A stretch of 64,000 bases of DNA from Prasinococcaceae sp. CCMP 1430 (lineage: Eukaryota; Plantae; Prasinodermophyta): the NCBI GenBank assembly GCA_013416795.1, contig RQSC01000002.1, positions 121,442 through 185,441 of the forward strand, written 5' to 3'. The notes under the pieces are model-generated. The model did no database searches. It was not told where the DNA came from and saw only the letters and a program-made list of their open reading frames with translations. The position numbers and the translations under genes were made by a program. Of this stretch, positions 11,380-22,922 are shown in pieces (position 1 is the stretch's first letter; every line of letters starts with the position of its first letter).

Positions 11380-12749
11380 CGTCGGCGGCCGCCCCGTCGG
11401 CGGCGGACAAAGCGCCCGCGGCGGGCGCGAGCGGGGCCGAGCGCGACACGCTGGCGCCCATTGCGGTCAAGGCTGCGTCCACGGGGGAGGATGTCAAGCT
11501 CGGCGATGTCATCCCCGCGGAGGCGGGGTCGCGCACCATCGTGTGCCTCATGACGCAATTTGGGGACTTCGACTCGTTTGAGCAGGCACAGTGGATGGTC
11601 GACGAGCTGCCCGCCCTCGATGCCGCGGGCGTCCGTGTCGTCGCCGTGGGCATCGGCTCTGTGAGCGCCGCAAAGGCCTTCGCCGCGAAGACCAACTTCC
11701 CCATCGAGCGACTCTACGCGGACGAAACCGCTGCGGCCGTGAGCGCGCTGGGATGCGCGCCAGGCTGGGGGCGCGAGGGCGGGCCGGGCGCGTGGGCTGC
11801 CAACCTGCCCTTTGTGAATGGATTCGTGAAGCTCATCGTGATGTGCGCGGGCATAGGCTCGCCGGGCACGCTCAAGGAGGTCATCCGCGGGTACACCGGC
11901 GACCGCGACGCCGACCAGGTCTTCAACACCGGTAGCAATGTCGATTTGCCGTGGAAGGACCTCTTCAAGCTCAGCGGCGGCGGCGGCTTCCAGCGGCCCT
12001 TCGAGCTCGCCACGCTGCGCCTGAACAACATGATCGACATCCTGGGCGACTGGGAGGCCCTCGCGCCCGCAGACTCTGACCTGCTCGTGCAGCGAGGCGC
12101 CTCGCTCGTCCTTAACGGCCCGGACGTGCTCTACCGCCACGACGACCAGGGGATCCTCGGGTACGCGCCCGCGAGCCGCCTCGCGCGCAAGGCGCTAGCC
12201 GAGGATCCGCGCGAGTTCGACGCCAAGGCGGTGTGCAAGGAGGCCGGCGCGACGCGCAAGGTGGACTCCGAGGACGTGTACGCAGCCATCGCAAAGCTGG
12301 AGAAGAGCAAGGACAAGGAGGTGACGTTGGAGGGGCTCAATGGCAGGTGGAAGCTGCAGTGGACAACAGGGACTGCGAAGGTGTCGGATCAAATCAACCG
12401 CCGCGGCGACGGCTCGTACTTCCCCGTGACCGCGGTGCAGTCATTCGACGCCAGCAGCATGCGCATCCGCAACGGTATCTACGCAGGCCCCATCAAATTC
12501 TTCTTTGACGGCCCGTTCAAGTTCAATGGCAAGCTGCTCGAGTTCACCTTCAACAAAGTGAGCCTCGCCTTGGGGCCGCTCGGCCCGTGGTCGTACGACA
12601 TCGATGCCGGCGACTGGGAGGCGAAGAAAGGCAAAAACCCCTTCTTCAAAATCGTGCACGCCGACGGCGACGTCATCGCCGCGCGTGGCCGTGGGGGAGG
12701 GCTCGCGCTGTGGAAGCGCGTCGGCGAGCCGGAGGTCGCGACCGAGTGA
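11380..12749 (+). CDS. Peroxiredoxin-like (AhpC-TSA_2/AAED1 type) protein fused to a PAP/fibrillin-like domain; 5' end in gap
   Basis: QFGDFDSFE, MCAGIGSPGTLKEVIRGY, RPFELATLRLNNM, QRGA, YRHDDQGILGY. C-terminal LNGRWKLQWTTG...IAARGRGGGLALW is fibrillin-like. Confidence 0.75.
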
Positions 12750-12853
12750 CGCGGGCGCGCCGCGCGCGCTCGGCGCGAGTAGCATGGTAGCGAGAGGGGG
12801 CCACGCCGCCCAGCCGCAATAATTAAGTACAGTACAACTTACAGCGACAGCGT

Positions 12854-14385
12854 TCAGACCTCTTCACCGAGACTTGCCAGGACTGCCTCATTCTCTGGCT
12901 CTTCGTCATCATCATCGAGACCGTACAGAGCAGCGAGGGTCTCGCCGCGCTCACCGAGGCGCGCCTCCCACTCGCGAAGGAGCGCCGATGCGCCAAGAGC
13001 CGCGCGACGCTCGGAGCTCCGCGCCTCAGCCGCGCACGCCACCACACCGTCCGGCAGCCAGTCCGCGGCGTGTCGGTCCTGCTCCGCCTCTGCGTGCGTA
13101 TCGTCTGCGAGGTTCTCCAGTGCACGCGCGAGCGCGCCCAGTGCGCGCAGCTCGTTCGAGCGCCCGACGGGGGAGCCAAACGCCCGCAATGCATCCAGCC
13201 CCGATACGGACGACGGATCCACAGAGTCGCCGTTGTAAAAAGCCAGCGTTTCAGCAAGCTCGGCTTCGGTGGCATTCGCAAGCCTCGAGGCAGCGAGTGC
13301 GTCGGAAGCGGCGCCATACGCCCCGCACCCCAGCAGACGCATCACGTCGACGGCGCGCGTGCCGCAAACGTCCACGCGCGCGCTTCCGCACGCGAGGCAG
13401 CTTTCGGCTGCATCGCGCAGGAGCCCGGCGGCCAACGTCGGGGCACCGTGCGGAAGCAGCACGGTGACATCCACGTCGATTGCGTCGGGCCCGGCGGCCG
13501 TGCTCGCGTCCGACCCAACGACACGCCCCTCAACAAAGGCGTAGTCGACGAAGAGGTCGCAAGGCGAGAGCGCCTCGGCGTACACGTTGTACACCTGATC
13601 ACCTTCCCTCCACACTTTGCCAGCGCGCAGCTCAGCGAAGCGCTCATGCGGCGCGGGCGCCCACTCAAACTCAGCTCCCGCGGCCGAGCAGTGGTTGAGC
13701 GCGTCGGCCAGCGGCGCGAGGGCAAGGCGCGTGCCGGGCGCCTCGGTGAAGAGGGCGCGCGGGTCATCGCGCCAGCCTTCGCCTCCGCCTCCGCCGCCGA
13801 GCTCGAAGCTGCGCGAGAGCAGCGTGGCCGCCGCCCAGCGCACCTCTTCCTCGTCGAGCGCCACCCCGGCGGCACAAATGGCGCGCCAGTCCGCGCGCAC
13901 GACCTCCTGCCGCTCTTCGATCTGCGCACGCATTGGCGACGCTTGGCCCAGCAGCGCGTCAAGAGTGCTGCAGTCCCAGCCCAGCGGATGATCTCGCTGG
14001 TCCGGCAAGTATGCGATGTAGGGCGCCCAGAAGCTGCTCTCCCCACGACGCCGCTCCCACGCCAGGTGGGCGCACAACGTCTGCCAATCGGTAAGAGCGC
14101 CGCTACGTGCTGCGGTGGAGACACACTCAGCGTCCGACGCCGCCGCAGTGTCTGCAGTCATCAACAACACCTCTGGCACCCGCACCAGCACCACGCCGCG
14201 GTCCAGTGCGCGAGTTGCCACCGCCCCCGCGCCTGCTCCGCCCCCTCCCTGCGGCGCAGCCTCCAGCCGCAGGCCCTTCGCAAGCACCCCGCCGTGCGCA
14301 GCTGCCCAGCGCTCGAGCCTCACGAGGCGGCACTGCTCTGCGACCCACGCGGCCTCCGTAGCGCTCGGCGCTCTCGCGGGGGCGG
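12854..14385 (-). CDS. SET-domain lysine methyltransferase (Rubisco LSMT/SETD3/SETD6-like); start not resolved
   Basis: LERWAAAHG...GAVATRAL..G.VLVRVP, SFWAPYIAYLP, WAAATLLSRSF, LAPLADALNH, GDQVYNVY...DLFVDYAF. Confidence 0.8.
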
Positions 14386-14399
14386 GCGGGGCCGGCGGG

Positions 14400-15498
14400 G
14401 CCCAGGTCGTCGACGCTGCAACCGCGGGGGCGCCCGTTCTCGCGGTCGCGTTCGATGCCACCGACGAGAACGTGTACGCGTGCGGCGCCGACGGCGGCGT
14501 GAGGGTGATCTCGGCGGGGAGCGAGGCGGCCGAGGCGACCGAGCTGGGGGCGCACGGCGACGCCGCGTCGTGCGTCGCGCCGCTGGTGGACGCGCCGAGC
14601 TCGGGCGCGGTCAGCGGTGGATGGGATGGGAGGCTGAAGCTGTGGGACGCGCGCCATCGTGGCGAGGCAGACCAGTGTTCCCTCCCCGGGGGTGGGCGCG
14701 CGCTCAGCATCGATTCCTCTCGCGGCGGCGCGCAGGCGCTGCTCGCCGTCGCGGCCTCGGACCGCCGCCTGCTCACGTTCGACGCGCGCGCGCTCGGCGC
14801 TGGCCCGCTCAGCGAGCGCGCGTCGCCGCTCAAGATGGCCACCCGCAGCGTGCGCATGCTGGGCAGTGGCGGCGACAGACTGGCCCTGGGTTCGCTCGAG
14901 GGGCGCGTGGCGGTGGAGTATCTCGCCGAGCCCGACAGCGCCGCGCGCAGCTCTGGCACCAAGTACAAAAGCTACGCCTTCAAGTGCCACCGCGTGAGCG
15001 CCGAGGAGGGCGGCGTGGACGACGAAGCGGGCGCCGACGTGGCCGGCGCACCGCTGGGCAAGGCCGGCGACGTGCTGACGCCCGTGCACGCGCTGGCCGC
15101 CCATCCTCTGAGCGGCGCTCTGGCGAGCGGTGACGGCGACGGGCTGGTAGCTGTGTGGGACACGTCAGCCAAGGCAAGTCGGGCGCTCGCTCTCGCCCTG
15201 TCGCGCGCGTGCGCGCATGCGTGCCGCTGCGCGTATCGCGCCTCGAGCGCTGACGCGATCCCGCCGGTGTGCCCGCGCGCGCCCGCCCGCCCCGCGCGCT
15301 CGCTCGAAACAGCGGCGCCTGTGGCTCTCGGGAGCGTATCCGCACGGCGTGTGCGACCTCGACTTCAGCGCCGACGGTTCGGCGCTCGCAATCGTCACCT
15401 CGAGCGCGCTCGAGGGCGGTGGGGGCGAGGAGGGCGAGGGAGGCGTGTGGGTGCGCGAGATGGCCGTGGGCGAGTACACACCGAAGGCGCGCAAGTGA
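14400..15498 (+). CDS. BUB3: Mitotic checkpoint WD40 protein BUB3 (BUB3/RAE1 family); N-terminal blade missing
   Basis: SGGWDGRLKLWD, ERASPLKMATR, GSLEGRVAVEY, YAFKCHR, PVHALAAHP. GC-AG intron 15174-15312, then RRLWLSGAYPHGVCDLDFSADGSALAIVTSS...EYTPK. Confidence 0.85.
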
Positions 15499-15616
15499 GT
15501 CAGGGGCGGGCTGGCAACGGCAGATTGGCCGCCGCATGCGCGCGCACGCGCGCGCCCTGGGTGCTGCTCGTCTTTGATAACATTATATACATGCTGCTCG
15601 CGCGCGCGGGCCCCCT

Positions 15617-17560
15617 TTAGGCCCTCAGGCTGGCGAGCCACAGCAGCACTCCCGCGAAGGTGAACGCGGCGGCGGTGTAGAGAGCGAAGGTCCCCTCTGC
15701 AAGTCGCTTCTGCAACATGAAGGGGGCTGCGCAGAAGACGTAGAGCATCCACGGCACGAGCACGGACGCGACAAGCGCCACCAGCGGCGGAAGCGCGGCG
15801 AGCCAGTCGAAGAGCCCCAGAGCGGGGCTCTGCCGCGGAGCGGAGTGGAGTGCGCCGCGGTGCGCGATTCGCGCTCGCGAGCGTCAGCAGCGCGAGCGTC
15901 GCTTGCGACGCGCGCGCGCGCATCAGGCACGGGGTGGGGCGAGCACTCGCCTCGCCGAGCGCGCACTGGCGAGCCCGCACCTTGATGAACGCCATCACCG
16001 TCTGGTGCCAGAGGAACGTGGTCATGGTCGTCTGGCCCATCGCGGACCAGAGCGGCACTGGCGCGTTGGGCAGCAGCGCCAGCCAAAGGACTATGCACGA
16101 AGCCATGTAGGGGATGTCGACCATCAACACACTGAGCAGCCTCTCCGGATTGTGCACCACCGAGTACGGCACCACGGTGCCAGAGGTGAAGGTTTCGAGT
16201 GGGAGCAGGGAGGCGCCGCCCAGTGCGAGGATCACGAGCCCAAGCGCGGCCGCCTGCGCGCGGCGCAGCGAGCGCGGAAGGACACCCGCGGCCGTGCGCG
16301 TGGACGGAGGCGCGCGCGCGCGTGCGCGTGGACGCACGCGCCCACGGGGTGATGGGCGTCAGCTGCCACGTGTCGAGAGGCGCGAGTAGGAGGCGCCGGC
16401 CGCGCATCCCGACGCATTGGTACGCACGCCGCGCCCGCGCGCGCCCGCGCGGGCGCCCCTGTACCTTGCGACCGTGCGTGCGTGCGCGAAGCCCGGCGAC
16501 GACCTCCTCCGTCTCGTCCCCCAGCAGATAGCCCCACCCGTACCAGTAACACATCGAGAAAACCTGCGGCCGGAAGGGCTGGTGCCAGAGCGTAACGCTG
16601 AACTTCGCCTCCACGCCGTCGGCCGCTCGCTGCGCCGGCCACAGTGCGCAGGTTGAGAGCCCCACGCACAGCATGGCCGCCAGAGACGCGTGCTTGCCAA
16701 TCTTGGACGCATTGAGGGCCATGATCATGGCTCGCGCGGCCACCAGCGCGAAGATGAACCACATGTGCCCCGCGGCGTTCTCGCCTGCGCGCAGCGGCGC
16801 AGCTATTCCGAACTCTTCGAGCAGCGCGTGCGTGAGCGGCCCCACGAACGCGACCCATGCGCACGCTACGTACAGCGGCTCCAAAAGCGCGGCGCGTGCG
16901 AGCCGCAGCCACGCGTGCAGAGCGCGCGCGCGCGCGCCGCTCAGCGCGAGGCAGCCGAGCGCGGCAGCCGCGGAGGCGGGGACAGGCGCGGTGCTCCCGC
17001 TGGCGTCACTGCCACCGCCGGCGCCCGCCTCCATCGCGCTGTCGCTGTTCGCCTTGGCGGTGGCCTCCATTTGACTCCTGCGCGCGAGCGCCGCTCGCTT
17101 CGCCGCTGCAAACGCGCGCAGCTCCTTCTGCCGCGCGACGTAGCCGCTCGTGTAAAGGAAGCTCGCGAAGGTCCTGCGAGCGCGGGTCAAGCGTGGCGAG
17201 TGCGCGCGCGGGCGCCGCACGTTAGCGCCTCACCGTGCGACGCGCGCGCGGGGCGTCTCTTGGCATCAACGGCGGCGGCGGGAGCGCCATGCGAGCGCGC
17301 GCGCACATTTTCGTGAGCAGCCGCGGCCACACCCTGAGCAACGAGCGCCGCGTGCCAGGGAGCAGCAGCTCGTCGCTCCACGCCTCGCGCACACTGTCCG
17401 GCCGGCCGAAGCAGAGCGCCATCATCCCGCAGCCTGCGAAGTGGTGCGCGATGACGCTCAGCATGGAGATCGCCCGCAGGTGGTCGATGCTCGCCACGCG
17501 GCGGCGCCCGCCGTCCGCCGTCGCCGACGTGCCGGCCGCTCGCCCATCCCCCTCCGGGCT
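15617..17560 (-). CDS. Multi-pass membrane O-acyltransferase (Acyl_transf_3 family), multi-exon; start not resolved
   Basis: SIDHLRAISMLSVIAHH, FLYTSGY, GHMWFIFAL and MGQTTMTTFLWHQ match the DxLR..H / F..SGY / H.WF / G......Y..H motif order of AT3 proteins. At least 3 introns. Stop TAA 15619-15617. Confidence 0.65.
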
Positions 17561-18535
17561 CAGGCACCTGCCGTCCCGCTTCTTCGGACGGAGCGCCCGC
17601 CGGCGCGCTCAACGACGCCGATCCTGCCCCGGGCCCGCGCGGGCGTGGGCGTGCCGCTCCGAGCGCGCTTGGTATCGCGGACGTGCCGGGCGCGAACAGC
17701 AGGCCGCGCTCCGCGCCGCGGCGCATGCGCGCGCGCGCGCGCGGGCCGACCATACCCCAACCTCACCAGTGGGACTTGGTTGGGGTGCACGGTGTTCAGG
17801 GTTTGAGCCTTTGGCGCGGATGGCGCCGAGGCGCTGCCCTCCGCGCCGCGCGGCGCGGGAACACGTTCGCACTCTCTTTGCCCTTTTGGCTCCTTTGCCC
17901 CTTTTCGGAGCGCACTTTTTGTGTGGCCGCGGGGGGGCCGCAGGGAGGGCTTGCTCTCGCGCGCGGCGGCCGACGCCACCGGGGCCGCTGGCCCAATGGG
18001 GGGAAGGGGAGGGGGGAGGGGAGGACTGCGCACGGCGCACCGACGGACCGTGGAGCGCAGAGGGGAGGGAGACGGGAGGGAAGGGGAGGGAAGGGGGGTG
18101 GGGGCGCGCCACCCGCGCGCCCTCTGGCGCCACCCCGAGCCTGCCACGCACTCGCGCACAGACGCGCAGCGCTCGTGCGTCTGCTCCGGGGAGAGCTTCG
18201 GAGTTCAAACGCCGAATGAGGTTCTGTGGTGGGGTTTAAGGTTTAGAATGTAGGGTTTACTCCACATTCCATTGCGCGTGCGACAGAGAGCAGCGCGCGC
18301 TCTGCAGCGGCGCAGCACAAAGCGCGCGAGTCGCGCCGCCAGACGCTGCGCGGGGGGGCCTTCCTTCACACACACACGCTCCCCACTCCACCCCACTCCC
18401 CTCCGCAGGTACCCCGCGCGCGGCGGGGGCGCGGTGGCGCCGGCGCGCGGCGGCGGCGCTGGCTGGCGGCGGCGGCGGCGGCCGCATCGCCGCCGGCATC
18501 AGCGGCCGCCACCCGCTCGCAGCTGCGAGGCGACC

Positions 18536-19336
18536 ATGTGTGCGGCGGAGGGCGGCGGCGCCCACGATGTCGGTGCGTGCAGAAGCGCGGATCACTGTGC
18601 ATCGCTTTGCGTCAAACGCCACCCCGCCTATCCTCTCTCCCTCCCTCCCACCCTTGAGCCAGAGCGCTCCGCCCCAGCCCCACCCATCCCCACCCACCCA
18701 CCCACCCGTCCCGCCCGCGCGTCCGCGCGTCTGCACCGATGGTCGCACACGCGCACCCCCGCGACAGCGCATGCAGGCGCGCACTTTGCACTCCCTCGCG
18801 CGCGGCACTTGGGACTCACGCGCGCATGCGACTGTGCTGCCCTCTCACCTGCTGGCCTCGCATCGCCCACCCACGACCCCTCCGCCTGAAATCCAACCTG
18901 CGCTCGCCGTCGCGCGCGGCCTCTCGCAGACTACTATCGCGTGCTCGGCGTGGACTTCGAGGCGGGCGAGGACGAGATTCGCAATGCGTACAGGCGGCTA
19001 GCGATGAAGTGGCACCCGGACCGGCACCACGGCGGCAGCGGCGTGAGCCAGGAAGAGGCCACCGAGCACTTCAAGCTCATCGGCGAGGCCTATCACGTGC
19101 TGGGAGACCCGGAGCGGCGGGACTGGTACGACAACAACGCCGAGATCGACGTCTCCGAGCTGAACCTCGAGGAGTTTCTCGCGCGCTTCAAGCAGTTCAT
19201 CCTCACGAACCAGTGGCTCGACATGGACTGTGGGGACCTCGCCGAGCTTGACTTCGTGCCCTTCACCGAGCCGCACTCGGCGCCCGACAGCGCGGCGGCG
19301 CCCCCCGCCAAGAGCGTGCCTGCCAAGCAGCGGTGA
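18536..19336 (+). CDS. Small DnaJ (J-domain) co-chaperone
   Basis: Exon 1 18536-18572, intron 18573-18929 (GTGCGT..CAG). Spliced product DYYRVLGV...AYRRLAMKWHPD...FKLIGEAYHVLGDPERRDWYD. Confidence 0.92.
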
Positions 19337-19581
19337 CGGGCGTCGCGCGCCTTCTCCCGCGCCCACAAACACACAAACACACGGAAACACGGACACACAT
19401 GCATGTGTGGACGCCCTCGCTAATACGGCTCATGAATGCCCTTATGTACCATCGGGGCAGGGGCCCACGGCCGCGTCGCGCGCCCTGGCTTCCCCAACAC
19501 GTGCGCTCGCACGCGCGCGCGACGAGTCCCGGTCCGACAGGATGCACGTCAATTACGGATTCGTTGGCGGACCCGGGAGCA

Positions 19582-21034
19582 TCACGCTGAGCGGTCGGCG
19601 CCCTCGAACGCTGGCGCGGCCTCGACGACGACGTCAAACATGGGGTAACCCGCCGCGAGCAGCGCGCGCACGGCGCTCTCGTCCGCCGGGCCGAATCGAG
19701 CGCTGTCGCCGTACACGCGCAGCCTGCCGCTGGCGGCGTCGAGCTCGGCGAATGCCCCGCCGAGGCATTCGACGGCCGCCGCGCCCGCGCCCCGGAGGCG
19801 CGACCCCTCGCGCTCGAAAATGTCGGCGTGGTACGCCGCGCGCGGGTCGCCGAAGAGCGCCGCGCGGGCGACCCCGCGCTCGTCCTGCACGGACAGCAAG
19901 ACGAACTTCTGCTTGCCCTCGCCGAGGCGCGCGAAGTCGAGCGCGGGCCCGGCCCACGCCGCGAGGGGGCCGGAGGGCGCGGGGCGCGACAGCTCCGCCT
20001 CCAGCATGCGCCGCGCGAGGCTGTATCCCCCGGGGAAGTGGAAGCCACGCGCGTCCCAGCGCGCGCCATCCGCGGTCGGGTTCGGCACGCCCACGCCGCC
20101 GTGCGTGCGGAGCCAATCGCGGTGGAACCAGCGCGCGTCGAGGAGCTCGCCGTCGGCGGCGCGGGGCGGCGGCGGCGGCCACGACGGGCAGCCGGGCGCC
20201 GCTGCGCCATCGTCCCCCCCGACCGTGCGCGCGGTGAAGCCCACCATGTACGACTGCGGAAAGGGCCACGGCTGCGAGCAGCTGTACTCGATGCTCGCGG
20301 GATCGACGACCACCGCGGACTCCTCCTCGACCTCCCGCGCGACGCAGTCCTCCAGCGCCTCCCCTGGCTCGACGAACCCCGCGATGAGCGCGAAGCGCCC
20401 CGCCTCCCACGCCGCGTTGTGGCCGAGGAGGATCCACTCCTCGCAGGCGGACTTGACGATCGCGATGATGCTCGGGTCGACGCGCGGGTAGACGCTCGCG
20501 CCGCATCGCTCTCGGTCGGTGCACGTCATCGCCCACCCCCCCTTGCGCGGCTTGGTCGGCGCGCCGCAGTGGCCGCAGTGGCGCGCCGAGCGCCTCCACA
20601 CGACGAGCTGCCTTCCGAGCGCCACCAGCGACGCCTCGGGCGCGTCGAGCTCGCCTCGGGAGCACGCGGCCTTGAGGTCGATCCACCCAGGCCCGCCGTC
20701 CGCCCCGTCCGCCCCGTCCGCCGCGGCGCGGCGCACCTCCGCGACGAAGACCGCGGGACCCTCCGCGCCGAGCGTGCCGAGGAATATGTGCTCGCCCGCC
20801 ATCGCCTCGGCATCGGGCGCCCCCGTTGCGAGCGCGCCCTGCACGCTCGCCCCCTTGTCGTCCGCGACGAGCACGAACTGCGCGTCCGGGTCGCTCGCCG
20901 CCTGGGCGAGCCACGCGCCGTCCCTGCGGCGGTGCGCGCAGACGTCCAGCGACCCGTGCGCCGCCGTGGTGAAGTGCGCGGGCGGGCGCGCGGCCTTGGC
21001 GCGCCCCCCTCCTCCTCCCGCCCCCTCGGCCGCC
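19582..21034 (-). CDS. nudC: NudC-type NAD(H) diphosphatase (NUDX19/NUDT12/13-like) with a C-terminal Janus/Ocnus (PHPT1) domain; 5' end in gap
   Basis: Zinc ribbon CGHCG..C..C, YPRVDP, Nudix box GFVEPGEALEDCVAREVEEE and the SQPWPFPQS signature. C-terminal GKQKFVLL...YHADI...VECLGG...VYGDS.RFG.A..YP. Confidence 0.92.
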
Positions 21035-21195
21035 NNNNNNNNNNNNNNNNNNNNNNNNNNNNNNNNNNNNNNNNNNNNNNNNNNNNNNNNNNNNNNNNNN
21101 NNNNNNNNNNNNNNNNNNNNNNNNNNNNNNCGCCGCGTGATCGCGCCACGCGGGGCCGCGCGCGCGAGCGAGCGCGGCCGCGCGCGCCCCGCCCG

Positions 21196-21234
21196 AAACC
21201 CTGAATGTAAACCCTTCATGAAACCCTTAACCCT
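21196..21234 (+). promoter_or_regulatory. Cluster of telo-box-like AAACCCT motifs in the nudC/LeuRS divergent promoter
   Basis: AAACCCT at 21196, 21209 and 21221, and AACCCT at 21229. Confidence 0.55.
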
Positions 21235-21509
21235 TAAGACCAAACGCCGCGCCAAGCGACGGGATGGGTCCCACCCCGCGCCCCCACTCCCATCCTCTCA
21301 TTTATCCCCCCTCCTCTGATGAGCAGAGTGGTGGGGTGGGCTTTTGGGGGTTGGGGGGATTGGGTCCGGCGCGCCCGGCCGCTGCGCTCGTCGGCCGCTG
21401 CGCTCGTCGGTGTGGTGCTTGGCCTCCTCTGCGTATGTGTGAACGTTGACGGGGCGGAGGTGTAAGCGCCGCGCACGTGGTGCGGCGCATCCAAACGTCA
21501 GCGCGCGCG

Positions 21510-21514
21510 CACAC

Positions 21515-21565
<51 letters not shown>
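21510..21565. repeat. (CA)n microsatellite abutting an assembly gap
   Basis: More than 20 CA units directly visible. Confidence 0.95.
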
Positions 21566-21675
21566 NNNNNNNNNNNNNNNNNNNNNNNNNNNNNNNNNNN
21601 NNNNNNACCCCCTCCGGCGCGCCCGCGCGCGCGCGCGCGCGGACGCGCGGACGCGGCCGCGCTTCCGCGGTGCAG

Positions 21676-22878
21676 GTCGACATGAGCAAGCCGAAGTACT
21701 ACGTGCTGGACATGTTCCCCTACCCGAGCGGCGCGGGCCTGCACGTGGGGCACCCTGAGGGCTACACCGCGACGGACATCCTCGCGCGCTACAAGCGCAT
21801 GCGGGGCTACAACGTCATGCACCCGATGGGCTGGGATGCCTTCGGTCTGCCCGCGGAGCAGTACGCGCTGCAGACCGGCACGCACCCTGCCGAGACCACC
21901 GCGAAGAACGTCGACCGCTTCCGCGAGCAGCTCAAGAGCCTGGGCTTCTCGTACGACTGGCAGCGCGAGCTCAGCACGACCGATGCGAAGTACTACAAGT
22001 GGACGCAGTGGATCTTCCTGCAGCTCTTCAACAAGGGGCTGGCGTACCAGGCGGAGATCCCGGTCAACTGGTGCCCCGCGCTCGGCACCGTGCTGGCCAA
22101 CGAGGAGGTCATCGACGGGCTGTCGGAGCGCGGCGGGCACCCCGTCGTGCGCCGGCCGATGCGCCAGTGGATCCTCAAGATCACCGCGTACGCCGACAGG
22201 CTGCTCGAGGACCTCGACGAGCTCGACTGGCCGGAGTCGATCAAGGAGATGCAGCGCAACTGGATCGGCCGCTCCGAGGGAGCGCAGCTCGCGTTCAAGA
22301 CGACGACGGCCGACGGCGAGGAGGCTGAGCTGGACGTGTACACCACGCGCCCTGACACGCTCTTCGGCGCCACGTACTGCGTGGTGGCGCCCGAACACCC
22401 GCTCGCGCAGCGCTTGGCCACGGAGGAGCACGCCGACGCAGTGAAGGAGTACGTGGAGACGGCCTCGCGCAAGTCCGATCGCGAGCGCACGGAGAGCAAG
22501 GAGAAGACCGGCGTCTTTACGGGCTCGTACGCCACGAACCCGGCCACCGGCGAGGGCGTTCCCGTGTGGGTGGCGGACTACGTGCTCGGATCGTACGGCA
22601 CCGGCGCGATCATGGCCGTGCCGGCGCACGATCCGCGCGACCTCGAGTTTGCCCAGGCGATGGGCATCGACGTCAAGGAGGTCGTGCGGCCTGCGGACGC
22701 GGGCGAAGACTACAGGAGCCCGGCGGAGGGGGGGGGCGCGTTCAGCGGCGACGGCGTGATGGTGAACAGCGAGGCAGCCGACGTGAGCCTCAACGGCAAG
22801 ACGACCGCTGAGGCGCGGGAGGCCATGTTGGCGTGGCTCGAGTCCAGCGGCAAGGGCGAGCGCAAGGTGAACTTCAAG

Positions 22879-22922
<44 letters not shown>

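Noticed and set aside
9822-12140. 772-aa ORF joining the peroxiredoxin antisense strand to the LHC-like gene
   Set aside because: Read-through of an N gap. The same applies to ORFs spanning the 21035, 28925 and 53666 gaps.
11541-12749. Selenoprotein (SelU-like) recoding
   Set aside because: There is no in-frame TGA at the redox position (GDFDS), and the terminal TGA follows a complete domain.
21196-21234. Chromosome end or interstitial telomere array
   Set aside because: Only 3-4 dispersed imperfect units between genes, better explained as telo-boxes.
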